Assembly (NCBI GenBank): GCA_903864915.1
Contig: CAIPHS010000005.1
Coordinates: 3,968-67,967 of the forward strand
Reading direction: 5' to 3'
DNA length: 64,000 nucleotides
Origin: an uncultured Candidatus Woesearchaeota archaeon
GTDB taxonomy: Archaea > Nanobdellota > Nanobdellia > UBA10117
A program made the translations under genes and the position numbers. Below are positions 15,796 to 24,041 of the stretch, in pieces. Numbering within the stretch: position 1 is the stretch's first letter; each line of letters starts with the position of its first letter. Under the pieces are notes generated by a model that saw only the letters and a list, made by a program, of their open reading frames with translations, had not been told where the DNA came from and made no database searches.

Positions 15796-16779
15796 ATGGA
15801 CATGGACAGTAAGTCGGAAGCTATTCTTAATAGGCTTAGCAAGGACAGCCGTGCGAGCCTTTCTAGCATAGCACGAGAGATAGGTGTTTCTCCTGTTACT
15901 GTAAAGAAAAAGCTAGATATGCTTGAAAAGAAATTAGACATAAAGTATTTGCTCAGGTTCAATGAGAAGAAACTGGGCTTTCTGTTCAATTACTTCATAA
16001 CGATAAAATTCAAAAAAATACCATCAGAGCACATACTAAAAGAAATACTATTAAGACATCCAGCGCCTCAATTCGCAGCCATATGCAAAGGTGATTTTAA
16101 TTTCATAGCGTATATTTCCTTCAAAAGTGCAGAAGAGTATTTTGCGTGGACGTCATGGTTCAGGCACAAATTACAGCAATACATTGAAAGTTGGAATACT
16201 TTCAGCCTAATAGATATGCATTTCGGATTTTTCCCCCTGCGCGAAGAATTGATTTCAGACATAGATTTAAAGCAATCACTGAAAGATATCTTGCACTACT
16301 TGCATGAAAACTCAAGGATAGCACTAAATGATCTTGCACGTCTTGTAAATTTGTCACCGCCAACGGTAAAATATCATCTAACGAGAATATTACACTCAAA
16401 TTACATCACTATGAATGCTATGAGTGTAGAAAAAACTGATTTGCCAATTCAGTTTGTGGAGCTAAGCATTTTGAAATATCCCAAAGACTACATTCAAAAA
16501 AACAAAGAGGTTAGGTACAGAAAGATCAGAACACCAAAAAAGACACTCATAGCAGCTACAATCTCGGGTACGGCAGACTTTCTATCCATCTACTCTTTTA
16601 AAAATACAGAAGATTGCTATAAATTTCAAAATGAGTTTAAAAAAATAGTCAGTAGCATATCATCACCACATAGCTCTGCGCTAATTCTCAAAGTAATACT
16701 TGGAAAAATACCTTATAACTACCTAACTGTGGAAGAAGCTTATTCACCACCCAACTATTACTTATATCTTGGTCGATAA
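15796..16779 (+). CDS. tandem (double) Lrp/AsnC-type protein: regulator or AhbA/B-NirDL-like
   Basis: Two HTH_AsnC-like modules (ILNRLSKDSRASLSSIAREIGVSPVTVKKKLDMLE and ILHYLHENSRIALNDLARLVNLSPPTVKYHLTRI), each followed by an RAM-like segment. It is divergent from the rSAM operon. A TTTAAAAA box lies about 27 nt upstream of the ATG, so the mRNA is probably leaderless. Confidence 0.8.
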   Translation: MDMDSKSEAILNRLSKDSRASLSSIAREIGVSPVTVKKKLDMLEKKLDIKYLLRFNEKKLGFLFNYFITIKFKKIPSEHILKEILLRHPAPQFAAICKGDFNFIAYISFKSAEEYFAWTSWFRHKLQQYIESWNTFSLIDMHFGFFPLREELISDIDLKQSLKDILHYLHENSRIALNDLARLVNLSPPTVKYHLTRILHSNYITMNAMSVEKTDLPIQFVELSILKYPKDYIQKNKEVRYRKIRTPKKTLIAATISGTADFLSIYSFKNTEDCYKFQNEFKKIVSSISSPHSSALILKVILGKIPYNYLTVEEAYSPPNYYLYLGR

Positions 16780-16789
16780 TTTCCAGAAT

Positions 16790-17233
16790 TTACCCTTCAA
16801 GTATGTTCGTACACTTAAGTTCTATGCCTTTTGCTGCGAAAAACCTGTCCAAATCTAAGTAAAGCGTATTGGTTATGTTTTCTGCAAAAACTTTCTCATC
16901 TGTGTAAACTACGCTAAACCTTTCATTTTCCCTAAACAAACAACAACCACGTATAGCAACTTCTGATATATTATGACTATCCACAGCCTCAAGTATGTTT
17001 TTAGCCACTTCGGCTACATCCCATTTCACGAACTTAAGTAAAGAGAATTTAGGTTTGACCACTATTTTTTTGTCTGAAACCTCAACATCGGGATTTTTCT
17101 TTATTTTTTGTACATCATCTACACTCAATTTATTGTTAAGATTGAACGTAATCTCATTTATGACTGTCTTTCCTCTCAGTACATCTATCAGTGTTATGAT
17201 GTTCTTTTGCGCCAAACTTTTTTGCTTTTCCAT
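16790..17233 (-). CDS. hypothetical protein
   Basis: 147-aa ORF with no motif I recognise. Confidence 0.55.
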   Translation of the reverse strand: MEKQKSLAQKNIITLIDVLRGKTVINEITFNLNNKLSVDDVQKIKKNPDVEVSDKKIVVKPKFSLLKFVKWDVAEVAKNILEAVDSHNISEVAIRGCCLFRENERFSVVYTDEKVFAENITNTLYLDLDRFFAAKGIELKCTNILEG

Positions 17234-17271
17234 TTATTTACTCATCTAAACAGTAGAGTTATTAAGATTTT

Positions 17272-18897
17272 CTAACTTTTGGAATCTTGCTCAAACATAG
17301 TGTGGTGTTTGAATTTAGAGTAATTTCCTGGGAATGTTATGACATGCTTATCCGCCAGATACCACGTGCTCGAACAAAGCTGATCTATAAAATATCTATC
17401 GTGGCTTACTAACAAGACAGTACCTTTGTATTCCTTTAGCGTGTCTAGAAAGATATCAGTTGATACTATATCCAAATTATTTGTTGGCTCGTCAAATATT
17501 AAGAAGTTTGGATTTGATAACATTAGTTTTGTAAGAAGTAATCTTGCTTTTTCGCCATTGCTCAAACAGGCTATTTTCTTAAACACGTCATCTTTCCTGA
17601 ACAATACGTTACCTAATGAACGTCTCAAAGCGCCTTCATTAATTGCAGGATAAGTAATTTGTAATTCTTCAAGCAAAGTCCTGCTCTCATCATCAAATTT
17701 TTGTTGTTGGTCGTAATAGCCCAAAACTACGCTTGGATTCAGATAAGAAATGCCACTCGTTGGTTCCACCTTTCGAGTTATAATATCTAGAAGTGTCGTC
17801 TTGCCATGGCCATTCGGTCCAATTAGAGCTATTTTATCACATCTCTCGATATTTAGATTAAGTCCATTAAACAATACTCGATGTTCGTACTCTTTTGTCA
17901 GATTTTCGCAAAAATATATAGACTTCTCACTTCTCTCCGATTCAAATTTTATTTTCATCTTTTCAGTTTTATCTTTCGGTTCTGCAATCGCAACCTTTTC
18001 CAATCTTTCAGCACGCTTCTCCATACTGTGACCGGTTCTTGCTAACTGGTGTGAGCCACCTCTCCTCGCCCATACCAACTTTATGTATGCTGACTCCTTC
18101 AGTCTCGCTATTTCTTTCTGCTCCTGCGAATGCCGAGCAACATCTAATTCGAATTGCTTAGTCTTAGCCTCTAAATAAGCAGTATAATTTCCATTGTATT
18201 TTGTCAGTGTTGCATCTTCAATCTCGAAAATCTTGTTAACAATTGTATCAAGGAAATATCTATCGTGCGACACTAAAAGCAAAGGCTTGTCAAGATCGCA
18301 TAAGTAATCTTCAAGCCATTCTCTCGCATCTATATCTAAATGATTCGTTGGTTCATCAAGAATTAAAACATCAGATACAGTTGCTAGCACTTTTGCAATA
18401 CCTACTTTTGTCATCTGGCCGCAGCTCAAATCCTTGAGGCGCAACTCCAAGTCTTCATCTTGAAAATTCAGATCCTTTAAGATTGTATAGAATTTACGCT
18501 CGTTAAATTTAAGTTTTGCAGCTTTCAGCAAGTTTTCATAATTTAACAACAGCTCATTAAATTTTTCTTGGTTATCGTAATACTCCGGCTGGCCCATTTT
18601 TTTCTCAATTTCGCTGATAGAAGGGCTAATGGAATTCAACAAGTCTGCAATCGTACACTCTTCATTATTTGTTCCAAAAACTTGCGGCAAATATAGCACT
18701 CTCAAGTTCTTTCTTTTGTCAACTACGCCCTCGTAAGTTTCTTCACCTACTAAAATTTTCAAGAGTGTAGATTTACCCTTACCATTTTGGCCAATTAGAC
18801 CTATTTTATCTTCGCTATTTATTGAGAATGAAATATTATCTAAAATTGTCCTTCCATAACTTTTACTTAGCTGTTCCACATGTACTAATTCCATCAC
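17272..18897 (-). CDS. ABC-F type ATPase (two fused ABC domains, no TM domain)
   Basis: Walker A GQNGKGKST and GPNGHGKTT; signatures LSCGQMTK and LSNGEKAR; LDEPTNHLD and FDEPTNNLD; SHDRYFLD and SHDRYFID; a charged inter-domain linker. Confidence 0.9.
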   Translation of the reverse strand: MMELVHVEQLSKSYGRTILDNISFSINSEDKIGLIGQNGKGKSTLLKILVGEETYEGVVDKRKNLRVLYLPQVFGTNNEECTIADLLNSISPSISEIEKKMGQPEYYDNQEKFNELLLNYENLLKAAKLKFNERKFYTILKDLNFQDEDLELRLKDLSCGQMTKVGIAKVLATVSDVLILDEPTNHLDIDAREWLEDYLCDLDKPLLLVSHDRYFLDTIVNKIFEIEDATLTKYNGNYTAYLEAKTKQFELDVARHSQEQKEIARLKESAYIKLVWARRGGSHQLARTGHSMEKRAERLEKVAIAEPKDKTEKMKIKFESERSEKSIYFCENLTKEYEHRVLFNGLNLNIERCDKIALIGPNGHGKTTLLDIITRKVEPTSGISYLNPSVVLGYYDQQQKFDDESRTLLEELQITYPAINEGALRRSLGNVLFRKDDVFKKIACLSNGEKARLLLTKLMLSNPNFLIFDEPTNNLDIVSTDIFLDTLKEYKGTVLLVSHDRYFIDQLCSSTWYLADKHVITFPGNYSKFKHHTMFEQDSKS

Positions 18898-18948
18898 AAA
18901 TAATAGCCATATAGTTATTTAAGCCTATACCTTACTTAGTAAGAATAA

Positions 18949-19048
18949 TGCGCCAGCCGAGATTCGGACTCGGGTTTTAACCTTTTCGCAACCGCTGATT
19001 AACTTCGCGATGTGGCAAGGTTATGTCCTACCACTAGACTACTGGCGC
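18949..19048 (-). tRNA. tRNA-Gly (anticodon GCC) with an intron of about 27 nt
   Basis: Acceptor GCGCCAG/CTGGCGC, anticodon stem TAACC/GGTTA, loop TTGCCA[intron]. A TTTTTAAA box lies 24-31 nt upstream (19072-19079). Confidence 0.85.
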
Positions 19049-19102
19049 GTAAAATAAAGGTTGGAATTTAGTTTAAAAACATATCTGAGATGCGATTTAT
19101 GA

Positions 19103-21109
19103 TTATCGGATTTGACCTTCCTTTACCTTGTCAACCTTTACCTTTTCCTTGTAAGTCTGCAGCATCTTGTCCTTGTAATAGACGCTGCCTGCCTTTGATG
19201 TCAGCGTGATTTTTATGAAATCTTCCAGGTCCAGATTCTCAACTGGCTTCTTGTCTATGCCCACTATGAAGACATCTGCACCAGCTTCTGTCTCATCTAC
19301 CGTAAGAATGCCAACATTTTTTGATTTGTCTTCTGCTGCAAGGAGCATTCCTTGCGACATTACGCCCCGCAGTTTTGCGGGCTTCAGGTTTGCGACTATA
19401 ATTATTTTCTTGCCTTTCAGCTCGCCGGGCTTGTAGTGCTGCTTTATTCCTGCAACGATTTCCCGGTACCCTAATTTACCCAGGCTTAATTTTAACTTGT
19501 ACAATTTCTCAGCTTCTGGAATTTCCTCAACAGCTTTTATTTCTGCAACCCTCAAGTCAAGCTTTTCAAAAGGCTCCACTACGCCAATCTTTTCCGCATC
19601 TATCTTTTCAAAAAGAATATCGCCTTTCTTTATTTCCGTTCCTACTTTCAGCTGGCCCCAATTCCATTTCTTTAATTGTGGAACTTTTGCCAACCCTAAT
19701 TGCTGGGAAATCTTTTCCGCAGTTTCTGGCATGAACGGCCAGATTAAGGTGGCGGTCAGGCGCAAAGCCTCCGCAAGATTGTACAAAACCGTATTCAGGT
19801 GTGGGGAATTCTGCTTGGCAAGCTCCCATGGCTTCTCGTCTGCAACATACTTATTTGCCAAATGGATGTAAGCGAAGATTTTCTCGAGAGCCTTGTGGAA
19901 CTCCAGCTTCTCCATGTGCTCTCCAGCATGCCTTATGGTATCGTCAAACTGCGAAATTATCTCAATATCCTCATTGTCGCGCTTTCCCTTCTTTGCCTTG
20001 GGTATTTTCCCGTTTGAGAATTTTTCAATCAGTGTCAATACCCTTGCAACAAGATTACCAAGCTCATCAGCAAGTTCAGAGTTGTATCTCTGCACCAAGT
20101 CTAATTCCTTGAAATCCAAATCTTCGCCGTATGGGGCTGCGCGCAAGAAGTAATATCTGACTGCATCAGTTCCGTATTTTCCAACTAAGTCCTTTGGGTC
20201 TATGACATTTCCCAATGACTTTGATATCTTCTGGCCTTCAACAGTTATCCAGCCGTTTACGAAAACCAGTTTTGGCGGTTTTATGCCTGCAGACATCAAC
20301 ATCGCTGGCCATATCACTGTGTGGAACCAGAGGTTGTCTTTGCCTAAATGGTGCGTGTCACAAGGCCACCACTTGTTGAACTTCTTTTTTGGCCAACCCA
20401 CTCCAGTCAGATAATTTAGCAGAGCATCAAACCAAACGTAAGTTATGTGTTTCTTATCAAGCGAAAATGGTATGCCCCACTTGAATTTTGTCCTTGTTAT
20501 TGACAAATCCTTCAGGCCTTCTGTCAGAACCCTATTACGGACTTCTTCCAACCTTCCCGCAGGCTTAACGAAATCAGGATTTTTCTTGTAAAACTCCAAT
20601 AATGGTGCGGCATACTTTGACATCTTGAAGAAATATGTTTCTTCCTCCACCAATTCAACCGGCTTCTGGTGTATTTTGCACTTGCCTTCCACTATGTCAT
20701 CGTCCGACAAGAAGACTTCGCAACCGACACAATAGTGGCCTTTGTATACTCCCTTGTAAATATCATCCTTGATCTTTTTGGTAAACCGCTGCACGACTTT
20801 GGCGTGGTCTGCGTCTGTTGTCCTGATGAACCTGTCAAAACCTATGTTAAGCATCTCCCACGTTTTCTTAAACTGTTCAGAAAGCTCGTCAACGAATTCT
20901 TTCGGTGACTTACCTGCATTCTCCGCAGCTCTTTGTATCTTCAGGCCATGCTCATCAGTGCCAGTTAGGAAGAAAACCTTTTCACCAAGTGACTTGTGCC
21001 ATCTTGCTTGCGTGTCTGCAGCAATCTTTTGGTATGCATGCCCGATATGCGGCACGCTATTGGTATAATCAATTGCTGTTGCAATGTAAAATTTGGATTT
21101 CTTGGCCAC
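19103..21109 (-). CDS. metG: methionyl-tRNA synthetase with a C-terminal EMAP/Trbp111-type tRNA-binding domain
   Basis: HIGH motif (PHIGHAY), KMSKS motif (KISKSLGN) and a CxxC knuckle. C-terminal LDLRVAEIKAVEEIPEAEKLYKLKLSLG. Start set at GTG 21109, with AGGTGA 4 nt upstream. ATG alternatives are at 21142 and 21175. Confidence 0.9.
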   Translation of the reverse strand: MAKKSKFYIATAIDYTNSVPHIGHAYQKIAADTQARWHKSLGEKVFFLTGTDEHGLKIQRAAENAGKSPKEFVDELSEQFKKTWEMLNIGFDRFIRTTDADHAKVVQRFTKKIKDDIYKGVYKGHYCVGCEVFLSDDDIVEGKCKIHQKPVELVEEETYFFKMSKYAAPLLEFYKKNPDFVKPAGRLEEVRNRVLTEGLKDLSITRTKFKWGIPFSLDKKHITYVWFDALLNYLTGVGWPKKKFNKWWPCDTHHLGKDNLWFHTVIWPAMLMSAGIKPPKLVFVNGWITVEGQKISKSLGNVIDPKDLVGKYGTDAVRYYFLRAAPYGEDLDFKELDLVQRYNSELADELGNLVARVLTLIEKFSNGKIPKAKKGKRDNEDIEIISQFDDTIRHAGEHMEKLEFHKALEKIFAYIHLANKYVADEKPWELAKQNSPHLNTVLYNLAEALRLTATLIWPFMPETAEKISQQLGLAKVPQLKKWNWGQLKVGTEIKKGDILFEKIDAEKIGVVEPFEKLDLRVAEIKAVEEIPEAEKLYKLKLSLGKLGYREIVAGIKQHYKPGELKGKKIIIVANLKPAKLRGVMSQGMLLAAEDKSKNVGILTVDETEAGADVFIVGIDKKPVENLDLEDFIKITLTSKAGSVYYKDKMLQTYKEKVKVDKVKEGQIR

Positions 21110-21193
21110 GGACTCACCTAGAGTTAGGCAAAACTGGGGCATAAAAGTCTTTCTTTGCGTAGGATTTAAATACAATTCAAACCTCTTACTGCC

Positions 21194-21610
21194 ATGGACA
21201 AGAAACTGGTCTATCCAATCATTGGATTTGTTATAGTAATTGCTATAATTGCCATCTTATTTTTACAGGCAGGCTCAACAAATACGACGACACAGGGGGG
21301 CCTGCAAATTTCGAACTTCCAGTTCTCCGAAGTAACATCAGGGCCTGAGAAATTGCACATAATAACTGTTGAAAAAAGCATAACGTTTGAAGGGCCTGTA
21401 ACCAAGCCAACGCCCTGCCACACCCTTGAAGCAGCATATAAGACAGAGGGCAGCAACGTCATAGTTAACATAACTGCAAAAGGCGGCTCTGGCTTCTGCA
21501 TTCAAGTGATAAAAGACACATTTTACAAAGGCAGTTTTGATTATACTGGCAATCTTACAAGTGTTACCATAAACTACGGCAGCCAAGAGCTGGCATCGGC
21601 AAAACTGTAG
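21194..21610 (+). CDS. small membrane-anchored/secreted protein
   Basis: 138 aa with an N-terminal TM helix (LVYPIIGFVIVIAIIAILFL) followed by a beta-rich domain containing 2 Cys. Confidence 0.6.
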   Translation: MDKKLVYPIIGFVIVIAIIAILFLQAGSTNTTTQGGLQISNFQFSEVTSGPEKLHIITVEKSITFEGPVTKPTPCHTLEAAYKTEGSNVIVNITAKGGSGFCIQVIKDTFYKGSFDYTGNLTSVTINYGSQELASAKL

Positions 21611-21640
21611 TTTTTTATCTCTATTCTGCGTTAAAAATAC

Positions 21641-22735
21641 ATGGAGTCTGTTGAGGACATTGCTGCAAGGCTGAAAGATATTGAGCAGAAAAGGGAACTC
21701 CTTGCAAAATGCTTCAAAGAAACGGATTCTGCCAAAATAACTAAATTCAAGTTTCCAATCTCGCCGGTTAATCTTAACGGTATAAAAATCTGCGGGGTTG
21801 ATGGTGGCTTCCTGAAAAAAGAATATCACGGTGCAGGCCTCATACTAAGAAGAGCTGTTGCTGTCTGCTTTGAATACATTGATGGCAGGCTGGCCAATGC
21901 CAAATACCATCCAAGCAAGAAACCTTTCCCGGAGCCAATCGTTACCGGTCCTGAATTTTCAGATTATGATTTCAACATACTTGCAAATTTATCAAGGGAA
22001 GAAGTTGAACTGAAGACATGCCTAGAAGCGATTGAGCAGTTCTCCCCAAATGTTCTTGTACGAGACGGTTCTATAGTTTTGCATCCTTCCAGCATGCCGG
22101 AACAATCTTCCAAAGCCTATGGGAAATACAAGGAAATTATTTCTCTTATGAAAGAACTTTACAGGAAATGTGAGGAAAAACACATACTTCTGGTTGGAGC
22201 TGTTGAGGACTCCAAAGGGAAAAGATACTGCAATATCCTGATGCAGGAAGCCATTCCTGCCTTGTTGAAAGCAAACATAACTGTTGAGACTTTGAAAAGA
22301 ATCAATGATTGCAAGGATGTTCTGGAAAATACCACAGACACTTTGTTTTTGTATAATTTATTGAATGTTGGCGAGCGGACAGCAGTTTCAGATTATTCCA
22401 AGACTTCAGAACTACCAATCCTGAAAGACATGGAAGAATATTCGAGGAAACTTTTTGTCCTTTACATGAAAGCTGCAGAATTTGACAGGCCCCTCCGCAT
22501 TGACTTCCTTGCAGACTTTGAGAAGCTCGATGAAACCGCGGAAAAAGCAGCCACAATAATTTTCGAAATTTCAAAACAAAACAGGATGTATTCCTATCCA
22601 TCAGTCTTGATAGAAGCTGACGCCAGAGCCAAATTGATGGAGGATGATATCTTCCACTTTAAGGCAGCATTGGCAGAAAAATTAGGCAGAAATCCCATGT
22701 TGTTTGACTTGAGACGGGATTTGAGGCCGTTCTAA
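21641..22735 (+). CDS. nurA: NurA-type 5'-3' nuclease
   Basis: ICGVDGGFL and LVRDGSIVLHP motifs typical of the NurA domain. Length is about 360 aa, and HerA is nearby. Confidence 0.8.
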   Translation: MESVEDIAARLKDIEQKRELLAKCFKETDSAKITKFKFPISPVNLNGIKICGVDGGFLKKEYHGAGLILRRAVAVCFEYIDGRLANAKYHPSKKPFPEPIVTGPEFSDYDFNILANLSREEVELKTCLEAIEQFSPNVLVRDGSIVLHPSSMPEQSSKAYGKYKEIISLMKELYRKCEEKHILLVGAVEDSKGKRYCNILMQEAIPALLKANITVETLKRINDCKDVLENTTDTLFLYNLLNVGERTAVSDYSKTSELPILKDMEEYSRKLFVLYMKAAEFDRPLRIDFLADFEKLDETAEKAATIIFEISKQNRMYSYPSVLIEADARAKLMEDDIFHFKAALAEKLGRNPMLFDLRRDLRPF

Positions 22736-23898
22736 TCCTTAAGGGCATTAACAACAACCAGCTTGTGGCCTATTTTATTTGGCAGGATTTTGTTTGCTTC
22801 ATCTCTTAACTCTACAGCAAGCCTTCTGGCGAGCGAATAAGGCGTAGCGCCTCCATTAAATTTAACAACGATTTCATTAGTCAATCCGCGTTTTTGAATT
22901 ATTACTTGCATATCCTTCTTCTCCAAAATTCCTTTGAGTGTGTTACAAAGGTAATTTGATATAACACCTTCTGCGTCCGAACCGCTTGGAACATATATTG
23001 AAAATTCATTTGCGTTTTTGGGCACAATTGCGCACGGAAGCACTTGTTCGCGTTCTTGTGTGCTCTTAATTAACTTAGAATACGCTTCCGCCAATACGTG
23101 AAGCCCTTTGAGCTTTTTCAAGTCTGATTTTTCTTCATCATTAACTAGCTTTGACGGGTCGATAAACGAATTACAGGCTTTAAGTGAGTACATTGCCACA
23201 GCAAGGTCTTTGCCACCCTCTTTCATAACGAATTTTTCAAAACCCATATCTGCAATTTCCAATAACTTATCAAGGTTTACTTCAGGATGTAATTTACTTA
23301 TCGGTTTGAAGTTTTCATCTAACACTCCAAGGTTTTGGGAGTATGTAGATACTAGTTCAACTACTGCTTTGTATGAATTAACTATCAGACATTCATCTTT
23401 CCTTACTGCCTGAAAGGTTGGGGCTTTATCTTTAAGTTTGAGAAGTTTTAGCTCGCCCTTGTATTCATCAGATACTTTCCGTATTTCTGCAGCGTTGCGT
23501 TGTAGCTCATCGTACCCAGTTTTCAGATCATGCATTTCTGCATCTTTGCCCGATAAGAGCTGCTCTAAGTTCAGATTATCTTGTTCCAATACGCGAATTA
23601 TTTCTTCCTCAGAAAGTTGCTTTTCTTCGATCACATATGTAAACGACTGGCCATGCTCTATAGAAGTCCTTTGAGATTTTTTTAGTACCAGTTCTAACTT
23701 ATTGCGAGGTACGTTATAAAAAACAAGGCAGGTTCCATCAATAAGAATTTTAGGTGGTGCTGACTCCTTTCGCAATTCACCAGAAACATTATTTCTTATG
23801 TCCCTTACAGTGCTGATTCTATCGTAGCGCGTGCTAAGAACATCTATGTTGACTACCAGCGCCTTACGCTTGTAATTATTCACCATTTGTTTACTCAA
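22732..23898 (-). CDS. hypothetical coiled-coil protein
   Basis: 388-aa ORF with a central charged coiled-coil segment. It lies between nurA and herA on the opposite strand. Confidence 0.65.
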   Translation of the reverse strand: MSKQMVNNYKRKALVVNIDVLSTRYDRISTVRDIRNNVSGELRKESAPPKILIDGTCLVFYNVPRNKLELVLKKSQRTSIEHGQSFTYVIEEKQLSEEEIIRVLEQDNLNLEQLLSGKDAEMHDLKTGYDELQRNAAEIRKVSDEYKGELKLLKLKDKAPTFQAVRKDECLIVNSYKAVVELVSTYSQNLGVLDENFKPISKLHPEVNLDKLLEIADMGFEKFVMKEGGKDLAVAMYSLKACNSFIDPSKLVNDEEKSDLKKLKGLHVLAEAYSKLIKSTQEREQVLPCAIVPKNANEFSIYVPSGSDAEGVISNYLCNTLKGILEKKDMQVIIQKRGLTNEIVVKFNGGATPYSLARRLAVELRDEANKILPNKIGHKLVVVNALKD

Positions 23899-24041
23899 GT
23901 AAACAAAATACTTAGCTTTTTAAAACTACTTAATAGTCTCCTCAAGCCAATACGCGAGAAAAATTTTATTTTTCTGCGCCAGGCTAAACTTGTTTAGTTT
24001 AGCCTCGGAATTCTTATAAATTCGCTTCATCGATTTTAGAC

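Noticed and set aside
15732-15989. An 85-aa minus-strand ORF upstream of rSAM-A, considered as a possible RiPP precursor.
   Set aside because: It lies antisense to the 5' end of the tandem Lrp/AsnC gene and spans the divergent promoter. Its sequence is Ser/Phe/Leu-rich and low-complexity, with no Cys or other core-peptide-like features.
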